In this document: positions 52,382-64,000 of the stretch, piece after piece | Numbering within the stretch: position 1 is the stretch's first letter | Layout of the letters: each line of letters starts with the position of its first letter | Source: Okamejei kenojei | Lineage: Eukaryota | Reading direction: 5' to 3' | Length of the DNA: 64,000 nt | Assembly: GCA_035221665.1 (NCBI GenBank) | Contig: CM069144.1 | Location: 35,650,001-35,714,000, forward strand | Position numbers and translations under genes: made by a program | Notes under the pieces: model-generated | What the model was told of the DNA's origin: nothing | The model's database searches: none | Seen by the model: the letters and a program-made list of their open reading frames with translations, nothing else

Positions 52382-53153
52382 CGGTGATAGCTACATGATC
52401 TGCATCATTTCACAGAGCACACTGCTCCCAGTGCTGCACAGCTCCAGGTACCCTGCAACTGGCTGCTCCCTGTGCCTGTGCCCCTCGTTGCACTGCTTTG
52501 GGTGCCCTGTGTCTCTCTTTGCCCCAAAATTTATCTTCATTGACATCTTTCAGTAGACCCCTGATCCTAGCTGTATCATTTTATTTTTAATTTTCCATTT
52601 TGCTTCTTGTTACCTGTTCTCTCCCTACCAAGTCAATAAATATTTTTAAGGCAGAAATAGATAGATAGATTCTTGATTAATATTGGTGTCAAGGGTTATG
52701 GGGAGAAGGCAAGACAATGGGGATAGGAGAAAGAGATAGATCAGCCATGATTGAATGGCCGAGTAGACCTGATGGTCCAAATGGCCTAATTCTGCTCCTA
52801 TCACTTGTGACCTCATTACCATATGATTTTTCTGTATAGTTTTGTGATAGCCTGTGAGTTTTTTACCACTGTAATCCTCCTGATGTTCTCTTTGCTGATA
52901 TAGTATCCCTCGTCCTCAATGCCATCTTAATGTGATCCCTTTCGTTCAGGCTTTATCTTTTCGGACCCATCATCCATGGTTTTAATACCTCATTCAAGTT
53001 ACAAATAAAATAAGTAACTGGCAAACCAGTGTCATGTTTTGTGATTATAACATGTATTACTGTGTTCAGGTAGGAAGGTTTGCCAACCCAGCAATATAAT
53101 TGAAAAATTGTCTTTGATAGATATTGTCTTTATCTGATGTCATTCCTTTGCAG

Positions 53154-53255
53154 CTACTCTAACATACGATACTTTGAGGTTTGGCGATTTTGAAGATTTT
53201 CCGGAAACAAAAGAACCAGTTTGGATTTTAGGAACCAAGTACAGTGCAATCACAG
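53154..53255 (+). CDS. ATG4B: ATG4B coding exon 2
   Basis: ttgcag| and |gtagga; (A)TLTYDTLRFGDFEDFPETKEPVWILGTKYSAIT; 102 nt. Confidence 0.96.
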
Positions 53256-54700
53256 GTAGGATAAAGATTGGGAACGTTGTTTGCAAGTAGCCAGGAAGAG
53301 GAGTTGTTAGGAGCTGGTTTGTTTTTAGCAGTAGGCTATGTGGGTTTCTGCTGATTACCTCTTAAGCACTGGGTTTTTTGTTGGAAATTAAGTAGATGCT
53401 GGGTGAGAGTAACTGTGTTCGAACGTTCTTACGGCACTCTAATTATCAAAGGATTTCAGCCAGACATTGAAACTCCATTTCCCTTTTCAAACAGTTATTT
53501 AAAGGGGGAAAGTATTGATCAGAACTTAAATGCGTTGTATTTTTATTGTATAGCAAGCTGAATTTGATTCATTGAAGTATTTGGAATGGCTCAGCGCAGC
53601 CATCTGAATTTAGACAGCAACTAATCTGCAGAATTTTCTGATCAACTATTCCAAATGTTTTCATTCTTCATGGCAAAGGAAGTTTTATTGATATCTGTTC
53701 ATTTTTAATTTTACTCATCACTATTTTAAATTATATCCTGTAATTAGTGGGCTAATTTGAATCTATAGGCAGATTTCACTTCTTCATAGAATAATGCAGC
53801 ACAGAGGAAGCTATTAATTGTCTGGGTGGCCTTGTATTGGGTGATTCGTTATATATTACTCTTGTTGTATTTTTCCCCGTAACAGCATATTATTTTTCTC
53901 CTCAATAATTTTATCCAGTAAATGTTTGTAAGTTTTTATTGGACATTCTCCTGTCACCCTCTACATGGTGACATGAGAGAGAATATAAGTGGAAGCAACT
54001 ATATACCATTTGACCCATAGAGTCTGTATCACCATTCAGTCAATCATGGTTAATCTGACAAATGCAAAATGCTGGGGTAACTCAGCGGGACAGGCAGCAT
54101 CTCTGGAGAGAAGGAATGGGTGACGTTTCAGGTTGAGACCCTTCTTCAGACTTTGATTTAAACCAGCATCTACAGTTCTTTCATACACGCATGGTTAATC
54201 TGTTTGTTGGCCTCAGCACTTGCTTGTCTGTTCATCATAACCTTTCAGCCCGTTGCAGACCAAGAATTTATCTCAGATTAAATGTACTAGCCATTGAGAA
54301 TTCCAAAAAGATTCCAAAAACAATACTGATCTCAATCCATAATTGACATCTGTCTATCCAGAGTATATTTGCCCTGATTCAAAATTCACTCATCAGTTCC
54401 ATGATAGTAACAATAGTTAAAAGTGATAGAAGTAGATGGCACACAGGTTTTGTTGAGATATCTCTCTTCCAGGCACGTGTCATGAGTAATTACTCAGGGC
54501 AGGCAGTCAGCCAGCTTTAAAAAAAAATCTTAAACCGTGCATGCACAGATTGTTATCCTCTCCATAAAGGGGGGGGCGGGTGGAGGGTGATGGCAGGTGG
54601 CTAGATGGTTGGAAAAACGGGAGCACACCGGGACAAGTTGAATCAGTTGTGATGTTATTGAATGACAATAATGAATGAATACGTTTATACTAATACTAAT

Positions 54701-55316
54701 TCAAGGGACCAATTGGGGGGAGAGCTCCTTTCACAGCATGTGGAGAGTCTGGCCAGGGGTAAAGTTGCGGGGAGGGCAGGTACATTGAGAAGGAGGGGGT
54801 CGGGGATCATGCTAGTAACTCACTCACCACATTGTGGCTGGCAGCTCGGGTGGCTGTGAGCGGCCGCCGGGACCGGACAGCAGAACTGGCCGCCACTTCA
54901 GCGCCTTCTGCCGGCACGCTCACCTCTGACAGTGCTCTCCGTCTCACCTGCCACTCGCCGGCTTCGCTCGTGTCAGCCGCTTTCCACAAATCCTAAAATT
55001 CCCACAGCCGAGTAACCTCAATTGGTCCCTTGATCGTGCTGTCGGAATTTAAGGATTTGCAGGAAGCGGCTGACATGAGTGAAGCCGGCGAGCAGCAGGA
55101 TAGTAGTTTCCAGACAGAGAGCACTACCAGAGGTGAGCGGGGGCCGGCAGAAGGAGCTGTCCGGTCCTGGCGGCTGCTCGCAGCCACCCAAACTACTTCT
55201 CCCCCCCGGCCACAATGCGGTGGTTCCGCTCCCGGAGCGCCGCAAGTGGATTACTGGCATGATACCCGACCCCCACCTTCTCAACACTCCTGCCCTCCCC
55301 ACAACTTTACCCCGGG
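54701..55316. repeat. Long imperfect inverted repeat in a CpG-rich non-autonomous transposon
   Basis: About 54752-55007 is the diverged reverse complement of about 55038-55316; perfect 15-bp IR TCAAGGGACCAATTG (54701-54715) / CAATTGGTCCCTTGA (55019-55033). Confidence 0.85.
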
Positions 55317-57344
55317 CTTACCACATTATCGGTACACAAACCCCATTCTTCTCTCTTTGTTTCCTAAGATACTCTTACAATCCATGTTTGAAAAACCCGC
55401 CAACTTGCGCTGCGCATGCGTAGTAGGCTGCTGCGCATGCGCAGTACTGCAAAGGCAGAATTTCAGTTGCCTTCAGCTCTCCCTGTCATTGACGGCTTGA
55501 AGCATCGTCGATGGCACGTGGGCTGCACAGACCTTTGCGTGTTGCAAGTACTGCGGATGAAAGGCACGGAGAATTGTGTCTACCTAAGAGATCAATCTCT
55601 TAGATAGGCATAATTCGCCCGTGCCTTTACTATTTTTATTTAATAATTACCATTTTATAATTTTAGTCAGGGTAGATGCCTGCCCTCTTCACACTCAGGG
55701 CACCTTGCAACATCTTATCTGGTATTGCAATCATGCAAAATGGGATTGACTTGGAATAGAACTGGCAACTCAAAACGGAGCATCCAGGAGACGTCGTGGC
55801 CCTAGAAATGTACATCACAAGTATGACTTTTTGGCTTGGGATATCCCTCATTCTGCCTTTACTATTAAGCCAGGAAATCAATCCTAATTCAATGAGAAAT
55901 GTAGAATGGCATTACAGGGGCAGCACCAAGGGAGCATAGCTAAAAATGAAGGTACTCTGTGGATGGCTCAATTGTAATCGTGTATTGTCTTTCTGCTGAC
56001 TGGTTAGCACGCAACAAAAGCTTTTCATTGTACTTCGGTACACAGTATGTGACAATAATCTAAACTTAACTCAACTGTAACAGGATCAGGTGCATGCTAA
56101 TCAAAGATAAAGAACAGCATACAATAGACAGAGTTGAGCAATATTGCAACCATTTGATCAGATTGAAGCATTGCTCTCCTGTCATGTTTAGCCATGAATG
56201 GTGGCAGGCAATAAAACAGGAGGGAGCATCCCCCTCAACAGTGCCCAGAATGTTAATGCTAAAAACAATCAATTTGGCTGGAGATCGGCTTCTGAGATGA
56301 TAGAAATCTTGGGGAAGTGGATATGGATCACCTTTTCAGCTCTTCTGGCTGAACATGGCTGAATAAGATTCAGCCAGAAGTACCAAATAAATAATTCATC
56401 TCAGCATCCACTTGAGATCCCCATTGGTATTGATCATAGCTTCAACTTGGAACAAATTGCTAAATGTCCTTGTAATTGCTACTATTCTATCATCAACAAA
56501 CATAAAACAAGGTATATTTTAATGCATTGGACACAGAAGGATTCGACTTGATGCATGGTGACTGAAATGCTGAAAATTTGAACTATAAGTCTAGCCATTC
56601 CTCTAGCAAAGATATCCTGGTATAGTTACAGCACAAATATTCACCCGACAGAGAAAATAATTGTCTAACAATGTCATGTCAATGAATTTAACAATGTCAA
56701 ATTATCATCCCTGTTCTCAAGGTCATCGGTCACTAAAAGTGTGATTGAGCCATACTAATAACCCAAAGTTCAGATTAACTTTTACTGGAATCACAGAGCT
56801 CCAGACCCCTCTAAAGTAGGATGGACCTAATACAAAAGGACATATATTCCATAGGTGCAGTCAGAGTGATATTGAGGCAATATTTGACCAAGTTAGGCAT
56901 CAGGGAACTGCAACAAAATTGGTTAGTGCAGTTAATTCAAAATCTCCATGTGCTGGCATCATACCTAGCATACACTAAGACTATTTGGCTGCAAGGTCTA
57001 AATAAAGCTTGTGCAATGCCAGCAAATGGTATTCGAGCACCAATTGGAGTTTGTAGCCTGAAAGGCTTAATGGAGGGTCCCCACCCATGGGCCATGCATT
57101 TTTCTGAATGGGAGCAAATCTTTCATTTTGTAGTGACTTGGAATTTTTTCCAAACTTCCCACAGTTCATCTAACTTCAAAATACTAGGATTCCAGATCAA
57201 ATCCTAGTTGCCAGCTGCAACAGGAAATGACACGAGCAGTTCCACAGCACACTTTCCTTAGTTCCAATATCTTCATTTATTTCATCAATGACCTTCACTC
57301 CATCATGATGACAGAGTGGGAATGTTTCCTAATAATGGCATGTT

Positions 57345-57632
57345 TAGTTTGGAGATACAGTGTGAAAACGGGCCCTTCAGCCCATTGAGTCAGCACAGGC
57401 CAACAATCCCCCGTATATTACTTCTATCCTATACACTAGGGAGAATTTTACAGAAGCCAATTAACTGACAAACCTGCATGTCTCTGAAATGTGGGAGGAA
57501 ACCGGAGCACCCGGATAAAACCCACGTGGTCACGGAGAATTTACAAACTCCGTACAGACAGCACCCGAGGTCAGGATCAAACCCAGGTCTCTGGCGCTGT
57601 AAAGCAGCAACCCTACTGCTGCGCCACCGTGC
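57345..57632 (-). mobile_element. tRNA-derived HE1/V-SINE-like SINE
   Basis: Reverse complement starts with a tRNA-like head (GCACGGTGGCGCAGCAGTAG, GGGTTTGATCC B-box), then a core and CR1-like tail. Confidence 0.8.
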
Positions 57633-58449
57633 AGAGCTATGTGTTCATTCTCACTTTCATCTCAAATACTGAAACAATTTGTGCTTATCTGCAGTGTGGA
57701 TAACATTCAGGTTTTGATTGATCAATAACACGAATGCCTTTCAAATGCTGGGCAGTATTGGCTAAACAGTTTCTCCTGACATTTTATTTAGTTATATTAA
57801 TGTTTCATATACACTTCAGCTTCCAATGGGTCACCACATAAATTCTAGCCACATTAATGTAAGGTCAGGCAATAAATGAATGTCAGGCAATAAATATTAA
57901 GCAATGCTTCTCACCTGACTTCCCAAAGACCCTTTACTTTGTACAAAAGACAAATCTGGGATGTGGTGGATTAACCGCCAGCTGCAATTACAGTAAACAC
58001 CATTCAGGAGTAATAGATTGTTTAATCAACATTGACTCTTTCGAGCACCAAAACCATCATGGCTGCAGCATGCACTAAATGCACAGCAATGATCGATTAA
58101 TCCATTGCAAGTATAAAGACTTGACTGCATATTGCCACTCTTTCATTGTTGCTTTGTCAAATTGTTTAAGTTCCTGCCTGGAAACGTTGCACAGAAATGA
58201 TTCACTAATCGATGGCCGGTGTGGACTTAGTAGGCCTCGGGGCCTGTTTCCATGCTATATCTTTCAATTAATCAATTCATATTTCATTTCTTCAAGCTTA
58301 AAAGTGTAACGATTAAATAACAGCCCCAATCCTTAAAATGAATTAATAAATTTGAAACCCAGGTTACATTTATATGTATTATTAATCAATGTTTCTGTTT
58401 TAATCTGGCAGTTTGCCAAAAATTAGTCTTTGCGTCACCACATTAAAGA

Positions 58450-59300
58450 GACAGGCCATTCAGCCCGATTTATCCATGTCGGCTGTCATGACTCATATAA
58501 ATGAGTCCATTTGACCCATATCACTTTTCTATCCATGTGTTTGTTCAAATGTCTATTAAATGTTATAATTGTACCTGCTCATTAAACTTCATCTGGCAGC
58601 TCGTTTCATATACCCAATATTCTGTTTCCTATTAAATTTTTCCACTCTCACCTTTAAAATTATGCCCTGTGCTTCTTGATTTCCCTAGCCTGGGTAAAAT
58701 TGTCTGTGTTTTCACCCTCTGTATTCCCCTCATGATTTTGTACACCTCTATAAAATCACCCCCCAGCTTTCTGCGCTCCAAGGAATAAACTCTTGCCTGC
58801 CCAACCTCTCCCTGGAGCTCAGTTCCACGAGTCCTGGCAACATCCTCGTAGTTCTTCTCTGCACTCTTTTCAGCTTAATGGCGTCTTTCCTTTAGTGAGG
58901 TGACGAGAGCTCCAAACGCTATTCCATGTTTAGGCTCACCAATGTTTTGTACAACTATAACAAAATGTCCCAACTTCTACACTCAATTTCCTGATGCAGG
59001 CCAACATGCCAAAAACCTTCTTCACCATCCTATCAACCTGGGGAAGTGTGTTCTTGCATTCCTATGTCTCTCTGCTTCAACGACAATCCCCAGGGCCCTA
59101 CTATTCACTGTGAAGATCCTGCCCTGGTTTGACTCTCCAAATACCACATCTCACACTTTAACTGAATTAAACTAGATTAACCATTCTTCGGCCCACTTGT
59201 CCAGCTGATCAAGATCCCGCGGCCATTTTTGATAATCGTCTCCACTTCTACGTTACCATCTATTTTAGCGTTATCTGTAAACTTACTAATCATGCCATGT
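58450..59300 (-). mobile_element. Old CR1 fragment
   Basis: Homologous to 7950-8720 and 45270-46180. Confidence 0.7.
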
Positions 59301-59318
59301 ACAAAAATAATTTAACTA

Positions 59319-60131
59319 CCGTATTTCCCGGTGAAGAAGTCGCTACTTTTTACTTTAAAATAAGGCCTGAAAATTTACCTGCGTCTTGGAGGCCGAAGGT
59401 TAGGTTGTTTAGCCGAGAAAGATAGACTTGGCTATCGCTCAGTACAGCAACATCAAGAACGATGTTACTGTACTGAGGGATAGCCAAGTCTATCCCTCAT
59501 TGCTGGCAGCTGATTTACATTCTCTGACTGGGTGGCTGGGTCCAGTGTCACCCTTGCAGACACTTTGCTGATGGCGATATTCTACCAGGACTCGGGTCTG
59601 GTCCCCAGGGCAGGAAAGCGGAGCACCTTTCCTCCGGGGCAGCAGGGATAATGGCCGTCCGCTGGAGTAGCGACTGCTCCGCGGAACCTGCCATGCCTTC
59701 GACCCTGGAACTGTGGGAAGCGGCTGAAAAAGGACAGCGCCACTGGGGGGGGGTTCCTTTAAACAGTGTGTGGGGAGTCTGGCCCGGGTCAGCACGGCCT
59801 GTGCTGCACAAAGTAGTAAACTTGGCTGGGCAAGTTCCGGAGAGGGCAGGAGCGTTGAGAAGGAGGGTGTCGGGGATCAAGCCAGCAACTCATTCACTCA
59901 CTCAGTTGTCGGGCTGCTACGAGCGGCTGCAGGGACCGGACAGCGGAACCGGCCGCCACCTCAGCGCCTTCTGTCACCTGAACCTCACAGCGCATTGTGG
60001 GACAGGCGAAGATGTGGCCTCTTTGAACCAAACCCCTTGATCCTGTCCCGCCAGCCTTTTTTCAAAATTTAGCAACTCAAAATGGGAGTGCGTCTTCGAC
60101 GCAGGTGCGTCTTCTTCGCCGGGAAATACGG
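59319..60131. mobile_element. Non-autonomous Tc1/mariner-superfamily (Tc2/pogo-like) element
   Basis: TIRs CCGTATTTCCCGGTGAAGAAGTCGC / GCGTCTTCTTCGCCGGGAAATACGG with TA duplication on both sides; 813 bp; no transposase ORF. Confidence 0.85.
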
Positions 60132-61202
60132 TATATGTAAAATGGTCTAGATTGTAAATGAAGCTCCACGTTCCCTGTTGTAAATAGTGTAATCGGAAGG
60201 AACCCAAGAAGAGGTCCAGGATATGACCGCATTTACCCATTAATCAGTCTTCCTATAGTGAGTAATGCAATAACTGGCCTCTGGTGGACAGTGAGGAAGA
60301 AAACACCAAGCTGCAGAGAGATATATATGGTCTGGTCGGTTAGGCAGAAAAGTAGCAACTATAATAAAATCCAGATATGTGTTAGCTAATGCCTTTGGGG
60401 AAAAAAAAACAAAGCAAGGTTAGGTAAGACGAAGGAGGAAATGTAGTAGTATGGAGGAACAGGGGTATCTTGGACTGTTCCTTAAAGATAGCAGGGTGAT
60501 CAAGTCAAGTCGCGTTTATTTTCATTCGTTCCATTACAGTAAGGTGCAAGCACAATTAAAATCTTGCAGCAGCATCACAAGCACATAGACTCATAGTAAC
60601 ATAATTATGCATTCATTCTGAAAGAGAAAAATAACTTTGCACCATGTTTTGTTTTATTGCGCAACACAATTAGAAAAATTATGTGGTGGTACCAGTGACC
60701 ACGGTAGTGCAAGAGGTAGTCCGTAGTGTTCCATTGCTGAGGTAGGATTAGGTCAAGAATGTGGTTAAAAGAGCAATTTGGATGTGATGCTGTATAGCTG
60801 GCCTCTGAGTATAAGATAAGTTGTGCAAGAAATGTGTACCAGAGTTTGAGTTCTGCACATGGTTCTGATCGCCATGTGACAAGAAATATGTAATTTGCAT
60901 TCGACAGAGTGCAGAGGAGATTTATGAGGATGTTGCCAGAACTGGGAAATTGTAGCTACGAGAAAACATTGCATAAATTAGTCGTTCTCTCCAGAATTTA
61001 GGAGATTGGGCGTAAATTTGAATTGAGGTATTTAAAATTATGGTGCGGGCCTTAAAAGAATAAATATGTAGGACTTCCTTAGAAGTCGAGTGGAAAACCA
61101 GCAGGCATAAATCTAGTTTTTAATAGAAGGGTTAGAGGGGACATGAGAGCTGTATCACCATGTCCAATGGCTCTTTCATTCTGAGTCTTCTTTTTTTATT
61201 AG

Positions 61203-61274
61203 ATAAAGATGACATATTTGCAGACGTCACTTCACGACTCTGGTTTACCTACAGGAAAAATTTCTCTCCTATTG
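61203..61274 (+). CDS. ATG4B: ATG4B coding exon 3
   Basis: ttag| and |gtaggt; (D)KDDIFADVTSRLWFTYRKNFSPI; 72 nt. Confidence 0.96.
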
Positions 61275-61392
61275 GTAGGTACTTATCGTCTTTTACAGCT
61301 AAAACCCATTAGTTTGTAAAACAATAGTGCACTTCTTTAAAGGGATATTCTGCACATTGTTCAGATATTGAGCAACACTAAATAAGAACAGA

Positions 61393-61702
61393 AGGCAGCA
61401 TGGTGGCTTAGCGGTTGAGTTGCTGCCTTACATTGCCAGAGATCTGGGTTCGATTCTGACTACGGGTGCTTGTCTGTATGGAGTTTGTACATTCTCCCTG
61501 TGACCTGCATGGGTTTTCCCTGGGGAACTCCGGTTTCCTCCCACACTCCGAAGACGTACAGGTTTGTACTAATTGGCTTAGTAAAATTGTAAATTGTCTC
61601 TAGTGTGTGTAGGGTAGTGTTAATGTATGGGGATCGCCGGTCAGTGCTGACTTGGTGGACCGAAGGGCTTGTTTCCGCTATGTATCTCAAAACTAAACAA
61701 AA
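61393..61702 (+). mobile_element. tRNA-derived HE1/V-SINE-like SINE
   Basis: A-box TGGCTTAGCGG, B-box GGTTCGATTC, core and CR1-like tail; older copies near 15750-15900, 29670-29960, 30485-30730 and 49570-49870. Confidence 0.8.
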
Positions 61703-61704
61703 CA

Positions 61705-62165
61705 GATACTGGCCACATCTTCCCATCTCCTCCCCTTTCGGCTTTCTGCAAAGACCACTCCCTCCGTAACACCCTGGTCAATTTGTCCCTTCCCACCCAA
61801 ACCACCCCCTCCGCTGGTATCTTCCTTTGCAACCACACGAAATGCTACACTTGTCGTTTTACCTCCTCCCCCCGACTCCATCCAAGGACCCAAGCAGTCT
61901 TTCCAGATGAGGCAGAGGTTCACCTGCACCTCCTCCAACCTCATCTATTGCATCCACTGTTCTTGGTGTCAACTGCTCTACATCGGTGAGATCAAGCGCA
62001 GGCTTGGCGATCGCTTTGCCCAACAACTCCACTCAGGTCGCATTAACCAACCTGATCTCCCGGTGGCTCAGCACTTCAACTCCCCCTCCCATTCTGAATT
62101 CGACCTTTCTGTCCTGGGCCTCCTCCATGGCTAGAGTGAATCCCACCGCAAATTGGAGGAGCAAT
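61705..62165 (+). mobile_element. Penelope-like GIY-YIG endonuclease fragment
   Basis: RQRFTCTSSNLIYCIHCSWCQLLYIGEIKRRLGDRFAQQL...PVAQHFN. Confidence 0.85.
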
Positions 62166-62350
62166 TTTCTTATAAATGTCTCGGCATCTGTGAGTAAGAT
62201 TTTGTTGTGGTTGTTTATCCTCTGCCTCGATTTCTTCATTGCAGTTCCCCAGGAAAGGTTATGATTATGATAATGAAAAGTATTCCTCATTTGTGGCAGA
62301 AACATTGCATGTCGTCATTATTAACTCTTACATTCTTTTGATGTGAGCAG

Positions 62351-62449
62351 GAGGCACAGGGCCAACCTCTGACAATGGCTGGGGCTGCATGTTGCGATGT
62401 GGACAGATGATCTTGGCTCAGGCTCTTATCTGCAGACATTTGGGTCGAG
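62351..62449 (+). CDS. ATG4B: ATG4B coding exon 4 (catalytic Cys)
   Basis: gcag| and |gtgagt; [33 protein letters not shown] contains the peptidase C54 GWGCMLR motif; 99 nt. Confidence 0.97.
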
Positions 62450-62773
62450 GTGAGTTTAATTAACTGGTTCAAACCATGGAATGGAATCATTTGGGTAGAT
62501 GGGGAAGGTAGTAACTTTATGGTGGAGAAATGAATTGTTTATCCTTTTTGTTCTTGTCAATAATTAGAGTTAGAAATTAGGGCTTAGGATGGAATTTACT
62601 GTTTACATTTTCCATTCATAAAGGTAAACCAAGTCTCTATCTCCACTTTCCTTCCTGTGGTACTAAGGAAAGCACGAAATATTGCAATATTCCTGTTCCG
62701 TCAGCATTTGTTTCTTGTAGCTTACAGTAGAATTTGTTAATTTTTGTCTTTATTGTCTTCCTTTTCTTTATAG

Positions 62774-62875
62774 ACTGGAGATGGGTAAATGGGAAGCAGC
62801 AAAGGGATGAATATTACAATGTATTGAATGCATTTCTTGACAAAAAGGACAGCTACTACTCCATTCATCAAATAG
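62774..62875 (+). CDS. ATG4B: ATG4B coding exon 5 (gene continues beyond window)
   Basis: atag| and |gtgagc; DWRWVNGKQQRDEYYNVLNAFLDKKDSYYSIHQI; 102 nt. Confidence 0.96.
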
Positions 62876-64000
62876 GTGAGCTATTTACTGCTTGGGTAGC
62901 TTACAACCCAATGGTATAAATGTTGAAGATAGAATCTGAAGAAGGGTCTCGACCCAAAACATCACTTATAACTTTTCTCCAGAGATGCTGTCTGACTTGC
63001 TGAGTTACTCCAGCTTTTTGTGTCTATCCGGTTTGAACCAGCATCTGCAGTTCCTTCTTACACGGTATAAATGTTGAATTGTCCAATTTTTGGGTAACAA
63101 TTCCGCCCCCTCTGCTTTCTCCCTACATCCCTCCTTTCATCACCTTCTCTTTCCGTGTGCCCAAACTAGACTTGCACCTGTTTCTCCCCTTCCCTCCCCC
63201 TCTCCTGGTGATTTCTGTGTTTTACTACCCAAAGTAAGCAGAACTCTTAAAATGCTGCAGCCAACATCTTTAAAATTTATATTGGTCCAAATAGTGAAAT
63301 GAATTTAGTTTTTGCCTGATATGCAAATGACTGGCTACTTTAAAAAATTACAAAATTAGAACTGTATTTGAATTGCCACAAATTGGACAGCATTCAAGTG
63401 AACTTTCATTGTCCTCATTTCAAAGTTTGAGTATCCATCCTATGTTTTGAGGTCTAAAACCAGGCTGTCTCCAAGCTGCCCCATTTCTGCATTCATTGAT
63501 GTGGGGGGAAACCTCTGCTGAATGTAGGACCCCACAAGCATTGCCATCACAATTATCATCAAGGCCAATGCCCACAATTTAGGACAGAGATTAGCTGCCA
63601 TCAGTGTAATCACCTTATCGGAAGGAGACATAAACTGCTGAGAAGCCTTTTCTTTACCTGCTGCAAACACTTGGCGAAAATGGGCTTGCATCATCACCAG
63701 TAGAGCCGTGAATCCTCTTGAGCACAATTGAAGATAAACAATTAATATTAATCTTGTCAACAATGCCCACATTGTTTGAATGTATAAAGATCAAAATAAG
63801 TATATAGGAAGGAACTGCATAAAATGCTGGAGTAACACTGTGAGTCAGGCAGCATTACTGGTGAAAACAAATAGGTGACATTTATGGCCAGAACCCTCTT
63901 CAGACTGAAGAAGGGTTCTGATCTGAAATGTCACCTATTCTTTTTCTCCAGTAATGCTGACTTGAATGGTACAGTGAGAGTGATTGATTGGAAATTTGCA

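Noticed and set aside
51743-52556. ORFs of 140-240 aa in several frames; superficially CRISPR-like periodicity
   Set aside because: Translations of a minisatellite; no unique spacers, and the context is a eukaryotic intron
61393-61465. tRNA gene
   Set aside because: The A/B boxes run directly into a SINE core and tail, and no full cloverleaf is evident

Overview
This is vertebrate genomic DNA. The repeat content (HE1/V-SINE-like SINEs, CR1, Rex1 and abundant Penelope-like elements) points to a cartilaginous fish, probably a skate or ray. The assembly is locally error-rich and has two N-gaps. Three host genes can be read from the sequence. (1) POLR2D/RPB4 is complete on + (4 exons, 6078-14374, 142 aa). 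(2) A THAP4-like gene on - has an intact exon 1, but exon 2 carries at least 3 frameshifts and a TSD-flanked retroelement insertion, and no nitrobindin exons could be recognised. (3) ATG4B exons 1-5 lie on + (33838-62875, continuing past the window), head-to-head with THAP4 across a CpG-island promoter. The rest is mostly transposon-derived. The most notable observations are the apparent decay or truncation of THAP4, many Penelope-derived short elements carrying a minimal hammerhead-ribozyme core, a 69-bp templated insertion, a GC-rich module shared between different DNA transposons, and a higher-order minisatellite. Exon coordinates were read by eye at splice sites; repeat boundaries are approximate and family names come from motif recognition, not database search.
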